In this document: in pieces, positions 13,252 through 26,076 of the stretch
How positions within the stretch are numbered: the first letter of the stretch is position 1
Layout: each line of letters begins with the position of its first letter
NCBI GenBank assembly: GCA_025594325.1
Contig: JANHCV010000009.1
Span: 1,550,001-1,614,000, forward strand
DNA from: Blastocladiella emersonii ATCC 22665
Lineage: Eukaryota > Fungi > Blastocladiomycota
Direction of reading: 5' to 3'
DNA length: 64,000 nt
Notes under the pieces: model-generated
Told to the model about the DNA's origin: nothing
Databases searched by the model: none
What the model saw: the letters and a program-made list of their open reading frames with translations, nothing else
Translations under genes and position numbers: made by a program

Positions 13252-15880
13252 CTACTGGACCAGCTCGGGCTTCGTCCAGACGCGGGCAAAGAACCCGACC
13301 GCGCCGATACTCCCGTCCCAGAGCCCGAAGCACGTGGTGAACGCGACGACGGGGTGGAACTCGGGCCGGACACTCCCGCCCTCGACGACGGCGAGCTGCG
13401 GGTCGAGCGGCGCGTTCTCGATGGCCGTGTAGAGCCCGACGCCGGGGTACTCGCGCTTGAGGCGCAGGAACCAGTCGAGGAACGAGACGAGCAGGTCGTC
13501 GAGGACCTCGGGCGCGGGCGGCGGGAGCCCGTGCGCGTGGAACTGGTCGGTCAGCGTGGCGCGCGCGTGGTGGAGCACGGGCCGGAGGTGCGCCATGAGC
13601 GGCGAAGAGAGCGACGGCGACGACAGGCAGTGGTCCATGGCGACGAACAGGAGGTGTGCGGACAGCCCGGCCGCGGGCGCGCGCTCGTGGAGCGCCGCCT
13701 CCTTGTGCGCGGCGGGCCCGGCGGGCGGCTTCAGGTCCTTTTTCATCTCCGGCAGGTGCTTCTTGAGCAGCGCGAGGTGGCCGGGCACCGCGAGCGGGTT
13801 GGTCAGGGCAATGAACAGGTCGGTGAGGAGCACGTTCATGAGGCGCGACAAGAACGCGGCCTGGCTGGGCTCGCCGGCCGCGAGCCCGGTCGCGGGCGGG
13901 ACGGGCGCGCCGCCCGTGACACTGGCAAACACGTTCCGCGCGAGCCCGGCGTGGTGCGCGTCCGCGACGCTGTCGGCGTGGGCAAACGACTGCGCGACCA
14001 TCTCGCGCATCGTGAGCTGGAACCCCTCGTACGTCGCGACGAGGTCGTCGATGGCGTACCCGGGGAGGTTGGCCTTGGTCGCGCACATCTCGGCTGCCTT
14101 CTGCGTGCGCAGCGCCGCCGTGAGGGGCAGCTTGAAGTCGAACGCGTGGTACACGACCGCGTCGTCGGACGGCGCCGTGTGGCGGGTGCGCGAGAGCGAC
14201 TGGAGCTGCGCGGGGAGCGCAGGGACGACGCCCGCGGGGCCCGCGAGCGCCTCGGCCTGGACGACGGGCGCGGTCGCCTCCATGTTGACGTAGGTGCGGT
14301 ACGGGCGCGGGAACACTTCCTCGTCGGTGCTGAAGTTGGACGCGTACGAGACGGCCGAGAGCGCGGGCGAGGGTCCGTTGGCGGGCGACGTCGTCGACAT
14401 GCCGCCGAGCCCCGAGGGCCGGTTAGACCCGCTCGGGCGTGACGAGTCGAACGACGGGCGTGGCGAGGGCGCGAGCGTCGGCAGCGCCGTCTCGAGGGTC
14501 ATGGACGGGCGCGGCGCAATGAAGCTGAAGTTGGTCGACGGCGACAGGCTCGACGCGCCCGCGGGCGGCGAGGTGGCGGCGCCGCCGCCGTACGGGCTAA
14601 GCTGCTGCTGCTGCTGGCCGGGCGCGGGCCCGTGGTAGGGGCTCAGCGACGCGGCCGAGGCAGCGGCGGCCGCGCTGGCGTGGGACGCCGACGAGCCCGC
14701 CGACGAGACCACGTCGGACGACGTCTGGCGCACGTGCAGGAGCTGCTGGCGCTCGGCGTACTGCTGCTGCTGCTGCGGGTCGTAACCCTGCTGCTGCTGC
14801 TGCATGGGCTGGGCGAGCGGGCTCGCGTAGTGGTTGGGCGGCGAGCTGCCGGGCCCGCCCGAGTGCAGCGAGGGCAGCGGCATGGGCGAGCCGGGGAGCG
14901 GGACGGCGGCGGCGTGGTCGATGGAGGGGCGGCCGTACGTCTGGCCGCCGTTGAAATCGGCCGAGGGCGCGCGCGCCGCGTACTGCTGCGGCGACGGGTA
15001 CGCCTGCGGCGTCGCCTTGACGATATCAGCGGCGGCGGACGAGAGGACGGGGATGCGGGCGACGGGGCCGGGCGGCGGCGGGTTGGACTCGGCGGCGGCG
15101 GTGGGCGGGACCGTCGAGTGCAGCGTGGCCGAGCTCACGTTCGAGATGCCGGCGGCCGTGGCAGCGCCCGCACCGGCGCCGGGTCCGGCGCGCGGGGCGA
15201 CGACCATCTTGCTCGCGTCGTAGCCGGCGCCGCCGGCGCGGCGCTTGCGCTTGAAGACGAAGAAGCCGATGCCGGCAATGAGCAGCACGGCGGCGCCGAC
15301 GACGAGGCCGACGATGAGGCCGGTCGAGGACGAGGAGGAGGTGGACGGGTCGTCAGCAAGCGCGCTGCCCGTGGCGCCCGATGAGCTGAGACCTAGTCGA
15401 TGGCGGGAGCAGCCGTCAGTCCTGGACGGCCACGGCGAAGCCGACGAAGAAGCACGCACCCTGCGGGGTACAGGTCCGCCGCGCGGTCGATGGCGCAGAA
15501 CACGCGAACCCCTTTCCGTCATTGACGCATCCCTGGACAAACAGCTCGGTCGGGAGCGTAGCGGCGGCGCCGGCGGCGGCGGGGACGGCCTGCGAGGACA
15601 TGGCCCAGGCGGCGGTGCAGACCGACTCGGTGGCGTTGACGGCGCACTGCGCGGGGCGGCCCTGCGACGCGCGCTCGGCCGAGGGGTCGCGCACGGCGCA
15701 GAACCACTTGCCCGCGGCCGAGGCGCCGGCGGTGCCCGCGGCGAGGAACTGCACGCACCCGTAGACGCGCGGGGCCTGTGCCGCGAGCGCCGCGATCGAC
15801 GCGTCGGGCACCACGCTCGGGTTGATGAAGGCGGAGGGCGCGAGGCCCGCCGGGTCGAGGTTGCACGCGGTCGTCGCCAT
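13252..15880 (-). CDS. Receptor-like single-pass membrane protein: Cys-rich ectodomain, TM, Pro/Gln-rich cytoplasmic linker, C-terminal globular domain
   Basis: Exon 15880-15460 is Cys-rich; intron 15459-15393 (GTGCGT...CTGAC...TAG); exon 15392-13252 has TM GLIVGLVVGAAVLLIAGIGFFVF followed by KRKRR. No clear signal peptide at this ATG, so the true start may lie upstream. Confidence 0.75.
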
Positions 15881-16700
15881 GGCGTCGTCGGCGGTCGTCT
15901 ACGCGTCGTGATGGTGGTTGTCGATGGCGTATGGTTGGTGCGCGATGGCGGCGGTGGCGCAGGGGGCCAGCGGCGGGCACGCAGGGTGAGACCGCAAGTG
16001 GACCGGCCGATACAGGCGAGACCGTGTTTCGCGCCGGCATGGCGGTGAGACGAACAGCGGGTCGTCGAGGTGAACGTGTCAGGCAGGCAGGCGGCGGCGG
16101 CGGCCATGCGGGGTCATGCAACAGCAGGAAGGAACCGCAGCGGCAGGTCGAGATAAGGCGGCGCAAGGGAGGAGGAGGGGAGGAACATTCGAGGCGGCTT
16201 CGGTTAGTCTTCGGTCTTCGTCGTCGCCCACTGCTGCTCGCGGCGGCGGCCATGACCACGGTGGATGGGCCGCGACCATGGCCACGGTCTGTGGCGGCCA
16301 GGGTCGGGGTGGCGGAGCGCTCGAGCGCTCCTGCGAAAAGAGGCAACTGGGGCGCCGGCTGGCCTCGTCGCTGCTCGCCTCCCCACCCCGCTCCGAAGAC
16401 CTGGCCGCCGTGGGCCGCGCGATGGAGACATACCAGGCGATGGTGGTGACGATGGCGATGCGATGCGTGGTGTGCAGTGGTGGCGGTGCCTCGAGCTTCG
16501 TTGAAGTGGGAAGAAGAGGAGAAGCAGCACACGAAAGTGGGACCCCCGCCCAGCCAGCCAGCTAGCCACCCCCGGCGCTCGGCCGGTGCGGTGATCGAGG
16601 CTTGGCCATCCGCGTCGCGTCATGTGATTCATCGGGAAGGTCCATCGTGCCTCAAAAGTAGACGGGCAATATATCACACGCGCCTCCGAATACCCCCACA

Positions 16701-17886
16701 TTACAGCGGGAGCAGCTGGAACGGGTACCCGGGGCTCTTGACGTTGAAGACGCGCATCACGACCGAGTAGCACCCGACGAGGACCGTGAGGAGGGCGACG
16801 ACGAGCGCGCGCTGGAGGAGCGCCGAGTGGACCTTGGGCACCGCGACGATGAGCGCGACGACCGCGAACGCGCAGGTGCCGTGGAGCAGCGCCGAGATCT
16901 GCGTCTCGATCCCGTGCTGCTGCTGCATGCCCTGCGAGATGTACTCGGTCTGCCCGTTGCGCCCCTGCACGACGAACGGCGGCTGCCGGATCGAGTTCCA
17001 CATGGTCCCGGCGTTGAACAGCAGGATCGCCACCAGCGACCCGAGCGCGTACAGCTTGCGGTTCGTGAACACGAGCTGCACCGCCAGCAGCACGTACCGG
17101 TACGTGAGCGCGAGCACCAGCACGCCGAACGCCGCGGCCACGTGCTTGGTGTAGTCTGGCGGCAGCTGGAATGTGAACTGTTCGTGTGAGGTGGGTCAGT
17201 CGTGACCGATACGCGCGTAACACGGGGAAGATGACGAACCTTCTCGTTCACCTGCGTGGACAGCCACTCGACGAGCGCCTCGCCCGCAATCCCACTACAC
17301 GCCCAAAAGTGTCAGCGATCCGAGTCGAGCGCGTGCTCGCATCGTTCCCGCGTACCGGCGCGCCAGCTGGTAGTCGACAAACTCGCCCTTGTCCTCGGGC
17401 GCGGGGAGCGCGAACGGGCCCTCGGTCGCCGGGTAAAAGTATACGTTGGGCGCCGAGTTGAGGCCGAGCTACACTCCCAGAATCAGCACCGACGACGAAA
17501 CCACGCCCACCCAAACGTACCTTGGCGTACACGTCGCGCCCACCGACAAAGTCGAGCGACGCAAAGTAGAGCGGATGCTGGCCCTTGGCCCACTGCCACG
17601 ACATGGCCGCCGCGCGGAACTCGGGGTCAAACTGGTGGCACGCGGCGCACCCGACCTGCGGGTCCATGGCCGTGAGCAGGACCACGACCGAGTAGTTGCG
17701 CGGCGCGTCGACGAGCACGTTGAACGCCGTCGAGTCGAGCGTCAGCACGTTCGACTCGCGGTGCAGCGACGCCAGCTTCTTGGCCTTGTACGCCGCCGTG
17801 TACCCGTGCGCCGCCGACGGGAAGAGCAGGCCGAGGAGCGCCAGCACCGCGACCGCGGCCCACAGCAAGAATGCGCGTTGATTCAT
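16701..17886 (-). CDS. OST3: Oligosaccharyltransferase subunit OST3/OST6 (MAGT1/TUSC3 family)
   Basis: Signal peptide; thioredoxin-like domain PRNYSVVVLLTA...CAACHQFDPEF (CxxC); C-terminal TM helices with NAGTMWNSIR and YISQGMQQQHGIETQI. Four exons (first intron 17520-17469). Confidence 0.9.
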
Positions 17887-18127
17887 GGGTTGCTTGCACT
17901 CGGTGCCTTACGCAAGATTCGTGGCGGTGGCGATGGGGAGGAGGTTGAGAGGATCAAGGCGGGAGCAGGCGGGAGCAGGCGGCGCCGCCCACGCCGCGTG
18001 CAGCGCCGCGTGCGCGTCGGCGAGCGATCCGCCCGAAACCTCGGTCAGGTGACGGCCCGAAACCTCGCGTCGCTCATCGCCGTGTGCCTCGCCCCGTTCC
18101 TCGAAACCCAACAAAAATATATCTCTC

Positions 18128-19012
18128 TCATGACGACGAAGACGGCAGGAGCTCCGCATCGTCAATCTCGAGCTTCGGGACCTCAGGCCACAGCGTGGCC
18201 AGCGGGGTGCCCGCCTGCGCGGCCGTGATGGCCACGTCCTTGACCAGCCCCAAGATTTCCCCGTGGACCGCGTCGATGGTGCGGTCCGCGTTGACAATGT
18301 GCCAGTACGCCGGGTCGACGAGCTTTCCTAGGAACAGGTCGCGCACGCGCGTCTGCATCGAGCCCGTCTCGTACCGCTCCTGGCCGAACCCGCCGCGCTT
18401 GGCCGCGGCCTCGGGCGCGATGTCGAGGTACAGGACCAGGTCGGGGCGCGGCAGGCCGACGTCGGGCCGCTTGCACCACTCGAGGTCGAGGCCCTGGACA
18501 TGCCGAGGTTAGCGCGGAGTTCACTCCGAGGGAATGACGTGAGAGCGTAGTACCTTGGCGGCCGAGAAGGCGACGCCCGAGTAGGCGTAGCGGTCAACGA
18601 CGAGCGTCACGCCCTGGTCCAGCAGCGAGCGCATGTTCTCGCTACACGATGAACCAGTGAGGCACGCGTCCGTGACAGCCAGCAAGAGTCAAGCGTACAC
18701 GGCCTCCCAGCGGTTGCGCGAGAAGAGCAGGTGGATGGTCTTGTCGTCGACGTCGGCGCCGTTGGCGAGGTAGTCGTTGATGACCTTGCCGACGGCCGTC
18801 GTGCGGTCTACCGCGGTTCCGACTCATCAGCGGGTGTTGGACACAGCACGGCCACCAGCCGCACCAGGGAACTTGAGCTCCTTGACGGGCAGGGCGAGCG
18901 AGCGGAGGGCCTCGGCGAGGCGGGCGACCTGGGTGGTCTTGCCGCACCGGTCGCCGCCCTCGAGCACGATCAGGGCGCCGCGCCGGAGCTTGGTCGATGC
19001 ATTGGCTGCCAT
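18128..19012 (-). CDS. CDC8: Thymidylate kinase
   Basis: RGALIVLEGGDRCGKTTQ (P-loop), KFP|DRTT, LVVDRYAYSGVAFSAAK, GLDLEWCKRPDVGLPRPDLVLYLD and RGGFGQERYE; three introns. Confidence 0.93.
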
Positions 19013-19408
19013 TGCGGGTGGTTTGACGCTGGGGGTGCGTGCTTCGTCATGGCGTCGCGTCGCGGGGGAGGCGCGCCGGCGGAACGAACGACCGCGGCGG
19101 CCAAAGCGGCCGACGGCGCCGACCGCTCCGCCACCGCCGCTGCCCGCCTCGACCCCCCGCTCCCTCCCTCCCCCCGCTCTCCCAACACTCTGTGCCATCG
19201 TGTACTCCACACTGCATGCAACTAGCTATCTGTTGGCCACGCAACGCATCTGAATCTGTGCCGCCCTCCCTCCAGCCCGTTTTCTCCCGAGGCGGTTGAC
19301 CCTCCTCCCCCTTCCACCACCGACCCGCGCCTGCCGACTTCTACCCTTGCGTTCCCTCTCTTCCCCAACCTACCCAACCTCTCGCCGCGCTCCTCTTCGA
19401 TACCCAAC

Positions 19409-20964
19409 ATGGCTACCCGTGCGCCGCGCCCCAAGTTTGCGCGGAACCTGAAGCTGGACAAGGAGGTGCCGCCGCCGTTTGCCAACTTTGCGAAATACGT
19501 GTACGCTGCTGCCCCTCTCTCTTCCGTGCGCTGTGACGCGTCGTCGTGCGGTCCATCGGGCGGGCGGCGTGGGAACCGGTCGCGCCGCAGCCGTGATTTC
19601 CGATGTGATTGATCCTCGCGGCGCGTCGCGTCGCGCGCAGCCTCCGCGGCGACGCCCACGATGCTGACTCTGCCAGAATGTAGCGACCCGTCGGGCAAGC
19701 TCAACTTTGCGGGCAAAGCGGTGCTGCACTCGGACGGGGTCGACTTCAGCTCGGGCAACTCGTACAAGATCAACATGGCCGAGCTCGAGCTGCGCGAGGA
19801 GCTGGGCAAGGGCCAGTACGGCGTGGTGCAGAAGGTGTTCCACAAGCCGACCAAGGTCACCATGGCCATGAAGGAGATCCGCCTCGAGCTCGACTCGGCC
19901 AAGCTGAGCCAGATCCTCATGGAGCTCGACGTCCTGCACAAGTCGCACTCGCCCTACATTGTCGAGTTCTACGGCGCCTTCTTCATCGAGTCGTGCGTCT
20001 ACTACTGCATGGAGTTCATGGACGCCGGGTCGCTCGACCGCCTCTACCCGTACAAGGGCGGCGCCCCCGAGGATATTCTCGCGGGGATCACGGCCTCGGT
20101 ACGCTTTCTTGTCTTGGGTTGTGGTGGTTCTCGACTGACCCGCAGAGCCTGCTCGTTACCAGGTCGTCAAGGGCCTGCACTTTCTCAAGCAGGAGCTCAA
20201 AATCATCCACCGCGACGTCAAGCCGACCAGTACGCCTTCTCGGTTCCTCGACCGTGCCCCATCCACCACTCACGATCCGCGTGTAGATGTGCTTGCCAAC
20301 TCCAAGGGCGAGATCAAGCTGTGCGACTTTGGCGTGTCGGGCCAGCTCATCCAGTCGCTCGCCAAGACCAACATTGGCTGCCAGAGCTACATGGCGGTAC
20401 GCCCACACCCCGCTCTCCCCGTCACCCACCCCCACTCACCCTCCCCGCCGATGATAGCCGGAGCGCATCGCCATGGCCGACAACGCCGTGTACTCGGTCG
20501 CGTCCGACGTGTGGTCGCTCGGCCTGTCGCTGCTCGAGATCGGCGCCGGCCGGTACCCGTACCCGCCGGACCGCTTCGACTCCATCTTCGCGCAGCTCAA
20601 CGCCATTGTGAACGAGACCCCGCCCAAGCTGCCCGCGGACCGGTTCAGCCAGCCCGCGATCGAGTTTGTCGAGAGCTGGTGCGTTTTTCTGGCCAGGATC
20701 GAGTCGCGATGTGCGTGCTGACCCCGTGTCCCCTCGCGTAGCTTGAAAAAGGACGCCAAGAGCCGGCCGACGTACCAGCAGCTGCTGCAGCACCCGTTCC
20801 TGCTGCAGTACGAGGACCGCGCGCACACCATCGACATGGCCGGGTGGGTGCAGGGCGCCCTCGAGTGGCGCAGGGAGCACGCGCACCCCGCCGACCCGTC
20901 CGCCGCCAGCAAGGGCGGCTTTCTACCCAATAGCATCCGTGACCTTGTATTCCGCCGGGGCTAG
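19409..20964 (+). CDS. PBS2: MAP kinase kinase, Pbs2/Wis1-like
   Basis: FANFAKYV|[69 protein letters not shown]. Five introns (19501-19683, 20099-20162, 20229-20286, 20397-20457, 20679-20740). Confidence 0.88.
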
Positions 20965-21145
20965 ATTTGATTCTCTTTTCTTGATGCCGTGTCTTCTTTT
21001 GAGAGGGGAAGACGTGATGCGCCACGGCGTGACCGGATGCACCTCCGACCTTCGTCACGGCTGAGCTGGAGCCGGAGCGGCCAAGGTTGGGGACCGCTCT
21101 CTCCCTCTCGCATCCCCCTATGCCAATGAATCAAACCTACACACC

Positions 21146-23284
21146 ATGCAAGACCTCATGAACCAACTGCCATGCATACGCCCGCCGGCGTCCGCTGACG
21201 CGTGCGCCTTTGTGCGCGAGCGATGCGGGCACCTCGCCGAGGGCTACTTTGACTACCTGCAGTTCCACTACTGCGACACGGCGCCGGCGTGGTCGGCTCT
21301 GTCCATCATCGCGCTCGTACATTCCACCGGGTCCTTCCTCCCCGCCCGCACAAACCTGACCGCTCGACCGACGTCTAGGTCCTCCTCCTGACGACGCTGT
21401 TCGCGTTCCTCGGCACCGCGGCGTCCGAGTTCTTCTGCCCGAACCTGAACACGATCGCGTCGTCGCTCAACATGTCCGAGTCGCTGGCCGGCGTGACGCT
21501 GCTGGCGTTCGGGAACGGGTCGCCGGACCTGTTCTCGACCTTCACCGCGATCCGGTCGGCGTCGGGCGGGCTGGCGATTGGCGAGCTGATTGGCGCGTCG
21601 GCGTTCATCACGACGCTGGTCTTTGGCGGGGTCGCGATCCTCGCGCCGTTCCGGCTCAGCCCTGTGGTCTTCCTGCGCGACGCGCTCTTCTTCCTCGGCG
21701 CGCTCGCCTTCATCCTCGTCGTCACCTTGGACCAGCAGATCAGCCTGCTCGAATCGCTCCTGCTCGTCGCCTACTACGCGGCCTACGTCGCCGTCGTCGT
21801 GGCCACCGACCGCCAGCCGCAGTACGCGCCGCTGAGCCCCGTCGACGGTCTCGATTCCGACGGCGACGAGCGCGGCGCCGACGCGACCCCGCTGCTGTTC
21901 CACTCGGGCAGCGGCGGCAACGACGACGTGGAGCGGTTCTCGGTCCTGGAAGAGGACCACCTCAGCGACATTTCGGGCTACTCGTCGCGGTCGCACGTCA
22001 TGCGGCGCGTAAGGCAGAAACTGTCGCTGCTCGACGCGGTCGAGTTTGTCGAGATTCTCGACCACGCCGCGCGCGACGCCGCTGTCGCCGAGGCGTCCCC
22101 GTTCCCGCGGTCCGCGGGGAGTCGGGCGAACAGTCTCGCCCCGCCGCCGCCGCAGTACACGCACCGCCCGCGGCTGCGCAGTGATGCCGACTCGCAGTTT
22201 AGCGGGCGGATGGGGTTGCCGACGTCGCCGCTGCTCGTCTCGCCCCTCAGCCACGGCCCGCTATCAGCTGGCGCGGACCAGGCGCCCCTGTCCGTGACGA
22301 CGCAGTTCCTCCCGACCTCGACGAACCTGTTCGACTCGGCGGGCAGCGGGATTGGCGTGAGCGGTTCCCCGACCTCGATCGCGTTCGCGGTCCCCATGAC
22401 GCACCGCACGCCGCTCGCGCTGCTGTTCCCCGCGGTCCTGACGACGCGCACGGGGTCGTGGCTGAAATCCGGCGCGCTGGTCCTGCTCACCCCGCTGTTC
22501 CTGGTCCTTCGGGTCACGGTGCCCGTCATCTCGCGCGAGGGCCCGACGACGTTCGGCGCCGAGGTCCGACACCCGGTGCTGTGCCCCGTGCAGCACTTTT
22601 GCGGGACCGCGGTGTGCGTTCTGGTGGTGCTCGCGGACCCGGAGTCCGGCGGTGGCGGGTGGACGGCGGCGCTGGTCGCTGCGGTGTGCGGGGTGGCGGT
22701 CGCGGGCGCCGCGCAGGTCGCGGAACGGCGGCGGCCGGGCGCGCGGTACCACAGCGCGTTTGCGTGGCTCGGGTTCGTCGTCGGCATGGTGTGGATCTAC
22801 GTGGTCGCCAACGAGGTGGTCGCCATCCTCAAGTCGCTCGGCGTCATCCTCAACGTGTCCGAGTCGGTCCTCGGGCTCACCGTGTTCGCCATGGGCGCGA
22901 GTCTTGGTGACCTGATCGCGAATCTCACCATTGCGCTCATGGGGTTCCCGACGAGTACGTTGTTGTGGGGATTCGAAGCGGGCAGAACTGACTTTGCGAC
23001 GTGTAGTGGCCGTGTCCGCATGCTTCGCGTCGCCCATGCTCAACCTGGTCCTGGGCGTCGGCGTGTCGAGCGCGTACGTCGCGCTCCGCAACGGGGCGCC
23101 GCACACGGTGTCGCTGCGCGTTGGTCAGAGCATCACGATCGTGAACCTCGGCGTGTGCGCCATCGTCGCGCTCGCCCTCGTGTACCTGCCGACGCGGAGG
23201 TACGCCGTCGACCGCGTGTTCGGGCTCGGGCTCGTCGCCGCGTACGTGGTCCTGGTCACGGTCGCGCTCGCGTTCGGGTCATAA
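21146..23284 (+). CDS. Cation/Ca2+ exchanger (CCX/NCLX-type Na/Ca exchanger family)
   Basis: Alpha-1 repeat AASEFFCPNL...SESLAGVTLLAFGNGSPDLFS and alpha-2 repeat SESVLGLTVFAMGASLGDLIAN...ACFASPMLNL; many TM segments; two introns. Confidence 0.9.
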
Positions 23285-23309
23285 AATCATTGCATTGTAC
23301 TATGGACGT

Positions 23310-25771
23310 CTACGGCATCCCCGGCACCCGCGCCCCGTGCACCGCCGGGTTCTCGCGCGTCAGCCGCGCGCGCTCCGCCCCGCGGTAGTCGTACTTGCAC
23401 GCGTGCGCGGCGCTCGCGCGGTGGGACGGGCAGTAGTTGTGCCCGCACCGGCACCGGAACGCGCCTGTCGCGGCAAGCGTCAGGCGGAGGCGTTTCCCGC
23501 AACCGGTGTGGTGGCAGCGCCGGTCGTCAGCCGCGGTTGGGGGTGTGGTGGAGGGAACGTCGCTGGACTCGGCGGCGGTGTCGCGCGGGCTTCGTGTTGA
23601 GCGGGAGGGTTTCCGCTCGGATTCGGTGGTCGATGAGGACGACGCGCTCGAGGTCATGGTCTCGCACGCCGAGGACCGTTTCGCGAGCCGGCCGGCGCTT
23701 CTGGACGCAGTTGAGGTCGGATCGGACGGTGGCCGTTTCGGTACCGCCGCCGAATCGGTCCCGCCGGCTCGCGCAGATGAGCGAGACTCGACTTTGACGT
23801 GTTGTGTCTGTGACCTTGGACTCGGTCCCGTCTTGCCACTGGCCGCGGGGACCGGTGATGGCACAGCCGCAGCCGCCGTCGTGGTCGTGGCCGATACACT
23901 GGCCACGGGTTTCCGCTTTGCGCTCGGCTGCACGCCCGCGTCGCGCTTGGCCACGGGCGCGGCCCGTTCGGCGCGGTGGCTGCTGCGCGTCGCTACTGGC
24001 GCGGCCGGTGGTTTTGCGGGCGCCCGTTTCGCGACCGAGACCGCCGATGGTGGAGGCGGCGGAGCGACGGCTGCAGAGTCCAGCCCGCGCCGCCGCGGCG
24101 CGCCGACGAGGTGGCCGCGGTGCTGGACCGCGGGCGCGGACTTGAACACCTGGCACGGCGAGTCGTCGGTCTGCCTTGCCACGTCTTCTTCCTCGACGGT
24201 CTTACCGCGCCCGGCCGCCGGCGCCGACGCCGCGCGCACCTTGAACGCGGCGGGCCCAGCGCTGAGCGGGCGGACCGCGACGCGGGTCAGCGTGATCGCC
24301 GTCGCCGGCCGCGCGGCCCTCGTCGTGACCGAACCTCCGCGGGCGAGCGGTGGGAGGAGCCACGACGGCTGCGCGCGGCGCACGGCGTGCGAGATGGCGG
24401 CGGCGAGGTCGCGTGGGTGGTCGTGCACGGGGATCCCGAACTGGTGCGCGATGTCGTCGGGCAGCGTCACCATGCTGTCGGCGGTGCCGGGGCGGGCGGC
24501 GCGCGCGGAGCGGGCGGGAGCGGTGGTGGGGGTTTGGGTGGAGATGGAGGAGTACACGTGCGAAGGAGGGTGGGAGAGGAGAGCGGCGGTGACAGTGGTG
24601 GCGGAAGATGTGCGCGACGAGTCGGGCGGACACTCGATGGGCTCCTCGTCGTCGTATAGGACCTCGGGGATCTCGTCGCCGCTGCTGACGAGCCCTCCTG
24701 TACCACGGGCGGGACGCGGTGGTACGCCGAGGAGCTGTGCGAGATCGACTCCGCCGACCACCGTGTCCCCGGCCGGGTCGGAAGACGGGGATCCTGGCGC
24801 CGCGCCGCCGCGGTCGGGCGCGGGCCCCATGGCGCGGATCAGCTGTGCGAGGTCGTCGGGCGAAACCTCGGGCCCGCCGAGGTACTGCGCGCGCGCGTCG
24901 ACGCACCGGCCGCGGTCCATGAGCAGCTCGAGCAGGTACAGGTCGTCTTCCTGGCGGCACAGGAGCAGGAGGACGCTGGACCCGTCTGCGGGTGCAGTGC
25001 CGTCTTCCCCCTCGTTGTCGTAGTTTCTCGACAGCAGCGGTGGGGGAGGCGGCGGCGGGGCGGGCGCGCGCGCGTGCAGCGACGCGGCAATGGGCCCGTG
25101 GCCGCCGGCGAGCGACAGGATCAGGTCAACGCGCGCGCCCGACTGCAGCGAGTACTCGTACACCATGGCCGAGTCGCGCAGCGTCTTGCTGCGGTGGACC
25201 AGGACCTGCGACTCGGCGGGGACGCCCTGGTCGTGCGCGATCGCGCTCTTGACTTCCCAGATCGTGTCGGTCGGGAACACTTCGACGGCGAAGCGCTACG
25301 GGAGAGGAGGTGGTCAGTGGCGGTGTCGCACGGGGTCGAGAGTGGTATTGAATGTACCCGGCCCGTCATGGTGCCCACATCGAGCACAATCAGCTCGTCC
25401 GGGTTCCCGCGGAACGGGACGTGGGCCTCGGACCAGATCGACGGCGGGGTGATGATGGCGCGCGACGGCGACAGGCCGGCGAGGCCGCCGACCGCTTTCA
25501 CACTCTCCTTGTGTTCGGTGCGCGCAGGCGGCGGCGGCGGGTGGACCGTCCGCGGCCGCTGCTTCTTCCCCGCCCCCACCACCGCGGCCGCCTTACCGTC
25601 GGTCGATCGGCGCTGCTGCTGCTGCGTCGAGCCGGCCGCGCGCACGAGCCTGCAGCCCGAAGTCGAGCGATCGGGGTCCGGGTCGGGCGGCGGCGGGGCG
25701 TGGCTGCTGCTGCCCTGGCGCTCGAGCGGCTGGTTGCTACTGCTGCTGCTGCTACTGCTACTATTGCTCAT
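23310..25771 (-). CDS. ZFAND4/ANUBL1-like protein: ubiquitin-like domain plus C-terminal AN1 zinc finger
   Basis: Intron 25357-25296 restores LDVGTMTGRRFAVEVFPTDTIWEVKSAIAHDQGVP...LILSLAGG. C-terminus is CHHTGCGKRL...FRCRCGHNYCPSHR...HACKYDYR. Confidence 0.85.
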
Positions 25772-26076
25772 GGTTTCGATTCATGGTTTGCATCGGGTTC
25801 TGGGCAGCGAGGACCGAACAACGTCGCGGGAGGCAGACATGCTCGCGACGCGCCGAATAACGCGTCGGGGTATTGTCTCCCGCCACGTGATGCGCCGACG
25901 CACGATCGCCCTTTCCATTGCGTGTGGCGCTTTGCGGGCCGCTTTCTCTCGCGCCGTACACGCTACCAACACGCTACACTGCTACGAATCACACGCATCG
26001 ACCACCGGACCTGGTGCAACGCGCACGGGCTATCACCACGCTACTGCTCTCGGAGAACACCGCCGCTGCTGCCGCC

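Noticed and set aside
18025-18070. Direct repeat GCCCGAAACCTCG upstream of OST3
   Set aside because: Only two short copies in GC-rich intergenic DNA; too weak to call a regulatory site.
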